IMG/VR virus record: IMGVR_UViG_3300025687_000029
Span: 1-64,000 of that record
From: a virus
Length of the DNA: 64,000 nt
Reading direction: 5' to 3' (one strand)
Below, piece after piece: positions 29,459 to 38,845 of the stretch. The notes beneath the pieces are model-generated. The model was not told the origin of the DNA and did no database searches. It saw only the letters and a list, made by a program, of their open reading frames with translations. The position numbers and the translations under genes were made by a program. Position 1 is the stretch's first letter; every line of letters begins with the position of its first letter.

Positions 29459-29637
29459 CGCTTATACTCTGAATTAGGCGGATATTGTCCAGCATGAACT
29501 GAGTGAATCATGCAACCTTATAAACTGATCCTCTTTGGGAAGGCAATCAGTTATAACCTTATTGTTAATGAACAGTAAGGCAATGTAACTGATGAAATTA
29601 GCTGGTTAACAGCTTGCGTACTCCAAAGAGGATTAGT
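29459..29637 (+). ncRNA. Structured RNA leader/ncRNA at the start of the rightward unit
   Basis: 15-bp stem ACTGATCCTCTTTGG/CCAAAGAGGATTAGT enclosing further helices; the non-WC pairs are G-U on the plus strand. Confidence 0.65.
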
Positions 29638-29693
29638 ATTTACAACTATTATCTTCAAATTGTATTCATTTATAAACCAAAACTTATATTATT

Positions 29694-29981
29694 ATGGCAA
29701 CTGTAGCTAATGCTTCTAACGAAGCTAAATTTACTAAAGATCAAGAGTATGTTATCAGAATAACAGGCTTCACTTATGTTAAGGAGTGGGCATTGATTAA
29801 AGGTACAGAAGAAAGTACTGGTGAAAAGATTGGTGTTATCATTGGTGATAAAATGTCCTTTGGCATGCGTGATATGTTTGAGTTAAAGAACTCTGAAGGT
29901 ATCAAGGCAGGTTTCTCAGGTGAGAAGATCATCAATGGTAAGACATACAACCAGTTCTACTTAACTGAAATATTATTCTAA
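29694..29981 (+). CDS. Hypothetical protein (first rightward gene; OB-fold-like)
   Basis: Clean ORF with an AT-rich leader and a terminator immediately after it. Confidence 0.65.
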   Translation: MATVANASNEAKFTKDQEYVIRITGFTYVKEWALIKGTEESTGEKIGVIIGDKMSFGMRDMFELKNSEGIKAGFSGEKIINGKTYNQFYLTEILF

Positions 29982-30003
29982 AAGGGATTTAGTTCCCTTT
30001 TTT
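29981..30003 (+). terminator. Intrinsic terminator
   Basis: AAAGGGA-tttagt-TCCCTTT followed by a T run. Confidence 0.75.
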
Positions 30004-30728
30004 TCTTTTTATATTTACTTATTACACATAAGACTAATGCTATGACTAAGACAATATCTAAGACTTGTATTATTTGTAAAAAAACTATTTTAATGATTGT
30101 ATCTATTGAAGGATATAATAATTGGATTAATGGTGAAACTATTCAATCCTCTCTACCTGAATTATCAGTCCATAATACAGAAATGTTGATTACTGGTATG
30201 TGTGGTATATGTTCTGATGATTTAGATCTTGAACTAATTAATGAATTAGACAATGAATAAAGCCAGTAGAAGATTTACAAGTTACAAAACAGCTAAAAAG
30301 TTTGCTGAATTTGTAAAAGGAGAATTAAAAGATTTACGTAAAATAAAAGGGTCTAAATCTAATTTTAAAGTTATTTATGATAAGAATTACGTAAAATCTA
30401 TACCCATAACTGATTGGGATGAACAATTTTATTAACCAAAAAACTCAATAACTTCCCAAGATGTTGAGGGCACCAGTTTCTTTGATTAACACACGAACCA
30501 ATATATAGGTACAGGGGATGGAATCAAAGTTTTAGGTGTAAAACACAATCAATTAAAATTTAACAATCATGGAAATAACAAACGCTTATTACTTCTACAT
30601 CACTGATGTAGGTACATTCGGAAGACTAACTCATGGAGTAGATTGTAAAGATCATGATCTACTTGAAGATAATGAACCATATCATCTAATACAAGATGGT
30701 AAGATTGAAGTAATTTATTAACCATAAT

Positions 30729-30753
30729 ACTCCTCAGAAATGGGGAGTTTTTT
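30729..30753 (+). terminator. Intrinsic terminator
   Basis: ACTCCTCA-gaaa-TGGGGAGT-TTTTT. Confidence 0.75.
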
Positions 30754-30891
30754 CAATAGTTCATTTCGCCTATCAGTAAATCATTGATTATCAATGGATA
30801 GTAAAAAAATAAAAGTGTATATATACCACTTAGATTTTTTTATAACTATTCTGATTATCAATCTTTTATAAATAGCCAAAATGAACTATTG
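30754..30891. repeat. Long inverted repeat with internal TGATTATCAAT boxes (candidate origin/operator)
   Basis: CAATAGTTCATTT/AAATGAACTATTG terminal arms. Confidence 0.65.
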
Positions 30892-30923
30892 TATTTTTGT
30901 CCCTTTATTTATACCTTTACAAA

Positions 30924-31391
30924 ATGAAAGAAATTAAAGAAATTAATCCTTTTATATGTGAACAACAAATTGAAGTTTTTTCATATAAAAAGACAGAAAC
31001 ATTAGGTAATCCTGATATTGATGGTATAAATAGAATAACTACTATTAATACTAGTAAATTAATGGATAGGTCTAATAAGGTTAATATCTATATGACTCCT
31101 GAACTTAGACAAATTTATATGTTATTAACTGAAACCAGTCATAAGTTATTAAGATATATTGAAGGTATTCTACAATATAATCAAGATGTGATTAAAATTA
31201 ATGTAGATAAGTTTATGAAGGAAGGTTTAATAAAGTCTAAAGCTACTGTTTATAAAGCTATTGAAGAATTATGTAGATATGGATTTATTACTAAATATCA
31301 TAAACAAACTTATTACTGGATTAATCCTTTAAGATTTTTTAATGGTAATAGAATAGTCAAATATCCTGAGAATTTGGTTATTAAAGAGTGA
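30924..31391 (+). CDS. RepL-like winged-helix replication protein
   Basis: SKATVYKAIEELCRYGFI...YWINPLRFFNGNR. Confidence 0.65.
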   Translation: MKEIKEINPFICEQQIEVFSYKKTETLGNPDIDGINRITTINTSKLMDRSNKVNIYMTPELRQIYMLLTETSHKLLRYIEGILQYNQDVIKINVDKFMKEGLIKSKATVYKAIEELCRYGFITKYHKQTYYWINPLRFFNGNRIVKYPENLVIKE

Positions 31392-31512
31392 TTTAAAATG
31401 CTGTAAGTGGTGGATTATCACCCAACCATATCTTCCCCTAAACTTCAAAAATATCATAAATACCAAAATATTGCTTTTAATACCAATTCTAAACCCTAAA
31501 TTAAATAAAGAT

Positions 31513-32870
31513 ATGAAAATAGAAATAATAAACAAACCAATGTTATGTTGGGATAATGATGAATCAGAAGCTAGAGAATACCATGTACTAGCTAAAGTTA
31601 CTGAATGTAATAGTAATTATCCATTCAAAGTTGTAGTTAACGAAAATACTTACAAAAGAACAAAAATCAAAGCCAGGCCTGGTCAGGCAGGGGGATTTAA
31701 AAACGCTAAACCTCTACCAGAAGTAACTGAATTAACAGTAGCTGAAATATCTAAATTATTAGGAAAAACAGTTAAAATCATTAAATAATTGAGAAGATTA
31801 AACTACTCCCTTTATTAACTATTATGAATTTAAACCATAACAACTATGAACATATATCTACTAAAACAAGACCTTATAACAGGAAAAGATACCTATAACT
31901 CAGCAATAGTTATAGCAGATACAATAGAAGAAGCTAAAAGTATTCATCCTGCTAATTATACAGATAAAAACTATTGGTGTGAATATACCTGGCCTTCTAG
32001 AGATCAATTAGATCATATCAAAGTAATTCAATTGGGAATTGCTTATGCTCACCTAAAGAAAGGTGTAGTATTATCATCATTAAATATAGATTAAACTTAA
32101 AAAGAACTACTATGAAAGTCCTATTTACAGATACATGTAATATGTTTGAATCAGCTAACCCTGTTGCAAACTTAGTCGAAGTATTTAATACTTCTGAAAC
32201 TATAATGAAGAAATTAGAATTATCTCAGGTTGGAGTCAGTCGAAGAGGTGGATCTTGGCGTGAAATAATGGATGATGGAAATATTAAATTTAATCACCTA
32301 TCTAAAGGTAAAAAAAGTGATTATGATTCTAGTGACTATGATCTAGAGTATAAATTAATTAGTGGAAATTATTAATTCTAAACTTAAGAATTATGACAAT
32401 CTCATTAATACTTATAATTATATTATTAAGTTGTATAGCCACATTAGCATTTGTTAAAATAAACAGATTTATTGTATTATTGATGTGTACATCAGTATTA
32501 GTAAATATTCTAACATTGATGGATTATACAACAAAAGAAACCTACCAAAAAGCTCTAACTAATAACCCTTATGAAATGGTTATATTATATGATATTGAAA
32601 AACAACCAGTAGATACAATCTATAAACTAAAGAAAGATGAATAAACTACCAAAATAGTTTGAAAATAGATGGTTTTAACTTTAAAAAACTAAAATTATGT
32701 ATACAGAAGAACAAGCAAAAGAATTAGCTGAAAACTTAGACATTCTTTCTAATGGAAGTGTTCAATATATAGTAGAATTTTTATTATCTAATAAAGATAG
32801 AACTATAGAAGAAATGATAGAGCATACTAACTATGCAGTTGATATGCTGATAAACTGTATTGAAGAATAA
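31513..32870 (+). other. Small early hypothetical genes (31513-31788, 31846-32094, 32112-32375, 32393-32644, 32697-32870)
   Basis: Co-oriented short ORFs with AT-rich leaders. Confidence 0.6.
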
Positions 32871-33647
32871 AGTGCCATATTGCACATACTCATCCTAAAT
32901 GGTTGCCATGCTATAATTATTAGGTATGTGCTGTCAACACTTTAATACAATCTTTTGGTGGTTGGTTTACGTGGAGAATATGGATTGGGGAAAGTATTGG
33001 TGAAAGGCCAATAATTAGATTGTATTTTAAACAATGATAATGTTAGCAAATCGTTGTACCTAAAAAGGTTTTATAGCTAACGGCAAACTCTAAATTAACA
33101 CCAAGAGTTATTTTGGTCATAAGTAGATTCATTTCATCTACATTGCGTCCCACTCTGAAAGGAGATTAAGCTGAATTGACAGTCTCGCAGTAATTTATTA
33201 GAATTTTATAATCAAGATTTAGGAGGTGTTATAGGGGATATAGTAATTAAGTGGAAAATCAGGGTCTTCATCGTCGCTGTTGTCTGTTCGAGCCAGGCTA
33301 TCCCCACTAATTAACAATATTCGATAGGGGTATGGAACATCACTATACTAATTCTAGTTAATGCGAATTATATAAAATGGAAACCTTTATATACTAGATT
33401 TAAAAAGGTGAAAACTTGGTAATAAATTAATCTCCTTTTACCAAGGATCATTATAGATATAGACTTTGGAGCCATATTAACTTATTTCTATAGATAAATC
33501 TAGTGAGTAAGTTTCTAAGTTATTATGGATGATAGAACGATAACTGAAGCTAGTTAAACTAAGAGTAAAATAAACTCCAAGTAGTTAGTCTACAATTGTC
33601 TCAATAAGATGGTTTAGGGTTTAATCCAAATTGAGAACTCTTAGTTT
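32869..33647 (+). ncRNA. ORF-free cluster of structured RNAs
   Basis: Successive closed multi-helix domains plus a tRNA-like element. Confidence 0.5.
33234..33306 (+). tRNA. tRNA-like RNA with an aberrant D/anticodon region
   Basis: GGGGATA/TATCCCC-A acceptor and GTCTG-TTCGAGC-CAGGC T arm; no canonical anticodon stem. Confidence 0.55.
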
Positions 33648-33700
33648 ATTTTTAATAAAAAACTAATTAACAATTAAATATTCACAAAAAATTTAAAGTT

Positions 33701-36700
33701 ATGAATGTATTTTATTCAATGATATTACTAACACCTAAGCAATTTATTGATAAGTTTAAAATTTATGATACAATTGTTTTAGGTGCATTAAATGAAACTA
33801 ATGTAAAAGGGCTAAGTAATGATTTTTACGTAGATAAAGTCTTACCTAAAGTTAGAGAATCAATACCTAATTTAAGTATTGCTGCGAAGCCAATTACTAA
33901 AGACAGAACCCTATGGCTTATCTCTACTAAAAATTTAGATAAAGAGAATATAAAACAATTAAATATAGTATTAACTAAAATTTAAAGGAGTTATGAAACT
34001 TAAATATTACAGAGGAAATATTCTTCCTCCAGAAGATGACAATCTTCCTAAATATTGGGCAGTTGTTAATGACAATTCTGAATTATATATTAATGTTGTG
34101 GTTGGTTATGTGAATAAATATTATGGGGGAGGACATTCTGCATTAAAACCAGAAAATTATTGCAAATTTCATGGAAGATTAGATGATTATGGATGCACTA
34201 ATGGAAGTCATATGAATTATATGAAATCTGAGTTAAAAATTTTATCCATAGAAGAATTCATAAAACTTACCCAACCACAAGTTGATTTTGAGATGTTGAA
34301 AGGAACGTTACAACATTTAAGACATGATCTACAATATATGATGGTAGAAGATAAATGTATTGATAATGTTGAACTATTCTTCCACCTATTATCAACTAAA
34401 CCAACATTTGCAGCTAAAGCACATGAGGAGTTAAAACGATTAAACAAATAACTATGAAAAGATATACAGTAATAAATAACAAAACAGGTTATAAAAGCAA
34501 TTATAGTTACTTTATGTGGAATTTAGCTTGGAGTTTGGTGTTTATATTTGGAGTATTAACAGGTATATTTATATCTTAAATAAATAACTATGGAACTAGA
34601 ATTAGTAGACTTTTCTTTAGCCCAGGAGCTAAAAGAAGTTGGGTTTAAGGAATTATGCTTTTATTATTATGAAGATGAAAAACTAAAAGAACCTTATTTA
34701 GAAAATGGAAGCTCAACAGATACAGACTTTAGAGTTGATTTGGAAGACTTGCGAGACAATTACAATTATTTGTCTTATAGATGTAACGCTCCGTATCTCG
34801 AAGAAGCTAAAATGTGGTTTAGGGAAGTACATGAGATTGATATATGTATTAATCCACACTATAAAACTAACAACGACATAGCAGGATTTATGGTAGATGT
34901 TTACATTAGAAAAGTAAAATACAACTCACATAAATACGGTGATGCTAAAGATACCTACAACCAAGCTCTATCATCAGGATTAAAGGAGGCGTGTAAACTA
35001 ATTAAGAACCAATTAAGATGAAAGCAAATAAAACATATCAGGAAAAAGTTGATGATTATGTTAAACAACAAGTAGAATTAGCTAAAGAAAATGACGTTAC
35101 TGGTATAATTGTGATAGACCACTCACATATTATCTCAGATAAAGACAAAGAAGAGTTAATTAAACTAAGTGAATTAATTAAAACTGATTAAGATGAAAGC
35201 AAAAGTAATAATGTTGGATAGTAAAACGAGTACTATCCACAAACATCAAAAAGAATTAAAAATTACAAAGTTTGAATTAGAAGAAACTGATTTTTTTATA
35301 CCCCAATATTTATATCTAACCAACCCAAATGCTAAAATTGAAGTTGGAGATTATTTTATTAAAGATAAAATGGTTTGTCAATGTAATGAAACTACTCAGA
35401 ATGAGTTAGGCTGTATTCCCGACAATGAAGTATATTGTAATACTCAAACTTATTTTGATAGAAGAAATTGTGTTAAAATAATAGCAACTACTAATTCTTC
35501 TTTAAGAATATTATTTGAAGGTCAAGAAGTATTAGAAGAACCTTATCCATTATCAGAACAATCAATCAAATTATTAGTAGATTACTACAATAGAAAAGGT
35601 AAAATGCCTGATGAGGTTGAGGTTAATTTTGAATACATAAATAAACCAATGAGTGACTTATTTTTAGACAAAACTATAAAACTAAACTCCAAAGGAGAAG
35701 TAGATATTATTATTCCTGAAGAAAAGATGTATAGTAGGGAAGAGGTTGAAACTTTGCTTACTAATATGGGTATTGATGCATTATTGCCTGAAGAAGAAGT
35801 TGATGAATGGATTAATGAAAACTTATAAAAACCTAAGAGTAGGTAACTTTTGAATTTTGGAAATAAGGAGAGTTGTGCGACTCTCCTTTTTAATTTTAAA
35901 ACTATGAAAAAACTATCACTAAAAGATCTAGAGCTGGAATTATTAGCTATTGCTTTACCGGGGACTAAAGTAAATGTGCTGTATTACAGTTCTATATTAG
36001 ATAAAAGAGAAATTATCTATTTAAACTAACAATTATGAGAAAAGTATTATTATTGACTATTATCATTCTAGGAATGATTAGTTGTGACAAAGAGGAACTA
36101 GTACCAATAAAAGAAACTACAACTAGAGACTCATTAATAAATGAGCTTGTAGATTTAAATACAATTTATACAGGAAGAAGTAAGTACAAATATACAATTA
36201 GATTAACAGAACAATGGTCAGATACTTCAGGATTACTTGTAGTAAAAAGATATGGACCTATAACTGTTAAGGAATATAGAGGATATTTTGATGAAGATTT
36301 AAGATTTATAGAATTATATAAAAATCAAGATACAATACTTCAAATAAATAAATTTACTGTTGATACATTATATTTAACATATTATCCAGATATAAATTTA
36401 ACAAAATTATGGAAGTAATTATAGGAATAGGAATATTAGTTTTTGCAATGATTTTAAGTTATCTGGTAGGAATTAGATTAACTAAAATTGAAGATAATGG
36501 AGACACAGAAGCTTAAAGAACAACAAGATAAGATTCATAGTATAATGTTACAATTTTCTAAGGAAGATAAGACTTCGGAGATTGATGTTATACTTATGAA
36601 TCTTATTACAATCTCAAAAGAAATTAACAATTTAATCAATAAATCAATAGTAGGAGATATTGAAGATCATTGAGAAAAGATAGAGTAGATTAAACTCATC

Positions 36701-37142
36701 GAAGTATAATGACAATTCTAATACTATTAACAATTAAATCAATATTAATAATTATTAAATTTTAGAAATTATGAAAACACAAGTAGCAGTAACAGTTAGA
36801 GATTTTGTAAATGGTGAAGTAGATAAAAATGGTAAAAGCCCTGTATTATTATATGTATTGGGTGGAAAATGTCCTAATAGAAATGTATTATCAGGTACAT
36901 TTGCTGAAAATGAAGGATTTGAAATAGGTAAATCTTATTTAGTTCAAGTAACAGAAAGAGAAGAAGATCCTACTTATGGTAGACAGTTTCAATTTACTAA
37001 AATAGGTGAATTGAATACTCTGGACCTTATTGGAATAGCGGATAAGCTTGGAGAACCTACAATGATAGATGTAACTGTTAAAGCTGAAATATCTGCTCCT
37101 GCTGATATTAAAGCAAAGACAACATCTGATGATGTACTTTAA
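33701..37142 (+). other. Early hypothetical gene block, including a probable lipoprotein at 36035-36418
   Basis: Co-oriented ORFs; 36035 has signal peptide MRKVLLLTIIILGMIS-C (lipobox). Confidence 0.6.
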
Positions 37143-37152
37143 ATAAAACAAT

Positions 37153-37179
37153 TAAGAGGAGTTTAATACTCCTCTTTTT
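37153..37179 (+). terminator. Intrinsic terminator
   Basis: AAGAGGAGT-ttaat-ACTCCTCTT-TTT. Confidence 0.8.
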
Positions 37180-37209
37180 CACAAATATTTACTAAATTTG
37201 TGACATTTT

Positions 37210-37295
37210 GGTCCAGAAGTTCATATGGTAGAATGTTGCCGGGTATACGTTAAATAATTATGGCAGAGGTATAGGTTCAAATCCTATCTGGACTA
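37210..37295 (+). tRNA. tRNA-like RNA (Asp-like scaffold) with an enlarged anticodon loop
   Basis: GGTCCAG/CTGGACT acceptor, GTTC/GAAT D stem, TTGCC/GGCAG stem with a 21-nt loop, ATAGG-TTCAAAT-CCTAT T arm. Confidence 0.65.
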
Positions 37296-37576
37296 CTAAA
37301 AATCACTCATTTTGATTTTCATAATAATGGTTTATATAAGTTTTGATTGATGAGTTGCAGTATAGGTAGGTTTGAGTGAGCCTACCTTTTAATAGAAATT
37401 TAGCGAACTGTGATGAAACATTTTAGCAAACTGATTGCTAACGATGGGTACATGAAGCGTATGAGGCACGAATATGATTTATGTACCGTATTAGGTGTCT
37501 GTATTTATTTTTTTAAGGGAGGGTTGTTTTATTGGAATGTTATTTGTTTGTTTGTTACAAATTAAAATATATAGCA

Positions 37577-37780
37577 ATGGGAAGAAAAATAGGTTCAATA
37601 GAAGCATTTGCGCTTCAAAACTTAAAACAAGGACAGTTTTTTTATACGCATAAACAAGACAAAGATATGACTGCAATTGCAGGATATTATAAAGTTAAAA
37701 TAACAACCGAGAGAATGGTTGCTATTGATACTACAAGGCACGAAAGAATAGAATTTATAACTAAAGTAACAATACTATGA
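37577..37780 (+). CDS. Cassette A gene 1, hypothetical
   Basis: MGRKIGSIEAF...; coupled to the next ORF (ATGA). Confidence 0.6.
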   Translation: MGRKIGSIEAFALQNLKQGQFFYTHKQDKDMTAIAGYYKVKITTERMVAIDTTRHERIEFITKVTIL

Positions 37781-37962
37781 AAGATTTTAATTTTAACATC
37801 AGACTATTTTGTATATGGAGATGTTTTATGGCTTGTCAGTTTGAATTTACGATACTAAGCATAACAATTGGTGAAACCGAAAGGAGTTTATTGTCTTATT
37901 TTAAAGACGATAGTAACAAAATACTCGACGTCTGTTTTTTTAGAGTGCGGTGGCAAAAATAA
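37777..37962 (+). CDS. Cassette A gene 2, hypothetical
   Basis: Stop lies 5 nt before GCACCTAAC. Confidence 0.55.
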   Translation: MKDFNFNIRLFCIWRCFMACQFEFTILSITIGETERSLLSYFKDDSNKILDVCFFRVRWQK

Positions 37963-38000
37963 ATATTGCACCTAACGTTTATAAATAATATTAGTAGCGT

Positions 38001-38312
38001 ATGAAAAGAGATAAATATACAATAACCGACTATCTTCGATATGGTAGAAACCTTGCAAATTTGCTGTGGTGGAAGCTATTAATTTTATTTGGTATTAGGC
38101 GTAGTGCTTCACCAATACCAGAAGGAGTGTACTGTTACGAACCTGATTATGTAGACACAAAAACATTTACATATTACGTAAAGCCATGTAAATACTACAA
38201 AAACTTAGGGTACGGATGGAATGGATGTAGTTATTTAGGTGTGATTACGGATGATTTTGTATTTAATGACCAATGCAAACTATGTAATGAGAATTATTGC
38301 AATATACACTAA
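38001..38312 (+). CDS. Cys-rich protein spanning a cassette junction
   Basis: Starts inside attC-like site 2; IPEGVYCY...PCKYY...DQCKLC. Confidence 0.65.
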   Translation: MKRDKYTITDYLRYGRNLANLLWWKLLILFGIRRSASPIPEGVYCYEPDYVDTKTFTYYVKPCKYYKNLGYGWNGCSYLGVITDDFVFNDQCKLCNENYCNIH

Positions 38313-38381
38313 CGGAATTACGCCTAACGGTTGGGGTATGGCATGTAATTTTACGAATTTGAAACACAAAATTATAATACG

Positions 38382-38609
38382 ATGGAAAAAATAAAAGAAA
38401 TAGTTGCAGATTTAATGGAATGTTATGATGGAACAGGAACACCAAACCAACATTACATAAAGAACAAAGTTACCGAGTTGCACAACATAGTTAAAAATAT
38501 TAATTATGACACTGTGTTAGCACCTGTTATTTGTGATTGGTGCGAAAAAGACATTACAAACAAAAGTAAAATTTGTGCAGATTGTGCAGATAGAATGAAT
38601 GAGCATTAA
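38382..38609 (+). CDS. Zn-finger protein spanning a cassette junction
   Basis: Starts inside attC-like site 3; CDWC...CADC follows the junction. Confidence 0.65.
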   Translation: MEKIKEIVADLMECYDGTGTPNQHYIKNKVTELHNIVKNINYDTVLAPVICDWCEKDITNKSKICADCADRMNEH

Positions 38610-38845
38610 TGGTTGCTAACTATTATATATTAATAATATCAATAAAATAAATACTTATACTATGATAGGAATAATAATTTTTTCAATTATATTTACAATA
38701 ATCGCTGTATTTATAATTTATGATCTAACTGTTTTTATTAAATATAAAGGCAAGAAAACACTACTAATAGGACCCTTCCTATTCTATATTTGTTTAGAGT
38801 TAATAATAACTTTAGTATTAATAGATTTAATGAAAAATTTATGAA

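Larger units (their letters stand above)
37423..38620 (+). mobile_element. Integron-like gene-cassette array with attC-like sites (no integrase in the window)
   Basis: Four TTAG...CTAAC self-complementary boundary pairs, three palindromic attC-like segments, and visibly more CpG than the backbone. Confidence 0.7.

Noticed and set aside
29589-29620. Hammerhead ribozyme (CTGATGA)
   Set aside because: No GAAA after the following stem, and CTGAT is paired within a helix.
33234-33306. tmRNA or bona fide Sec/opal suppressor tRNA
   Set aside because: No G3-U70 pair, tag ORF or long variable arm; the anticodon arm is non-canonical.
33415-33471. preQ1-II riboswitch (CTTGGT...ACCAAG resemblance)
   Set aside because: Only the stem is similar; there is no adjacent gene or P4 element.
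37423-38620. CRISPR array, DGR or IS element
   Set aside because: No identical repeats with regular spacers, no reverse transcriptase or TR/VR pair, and no transposase.
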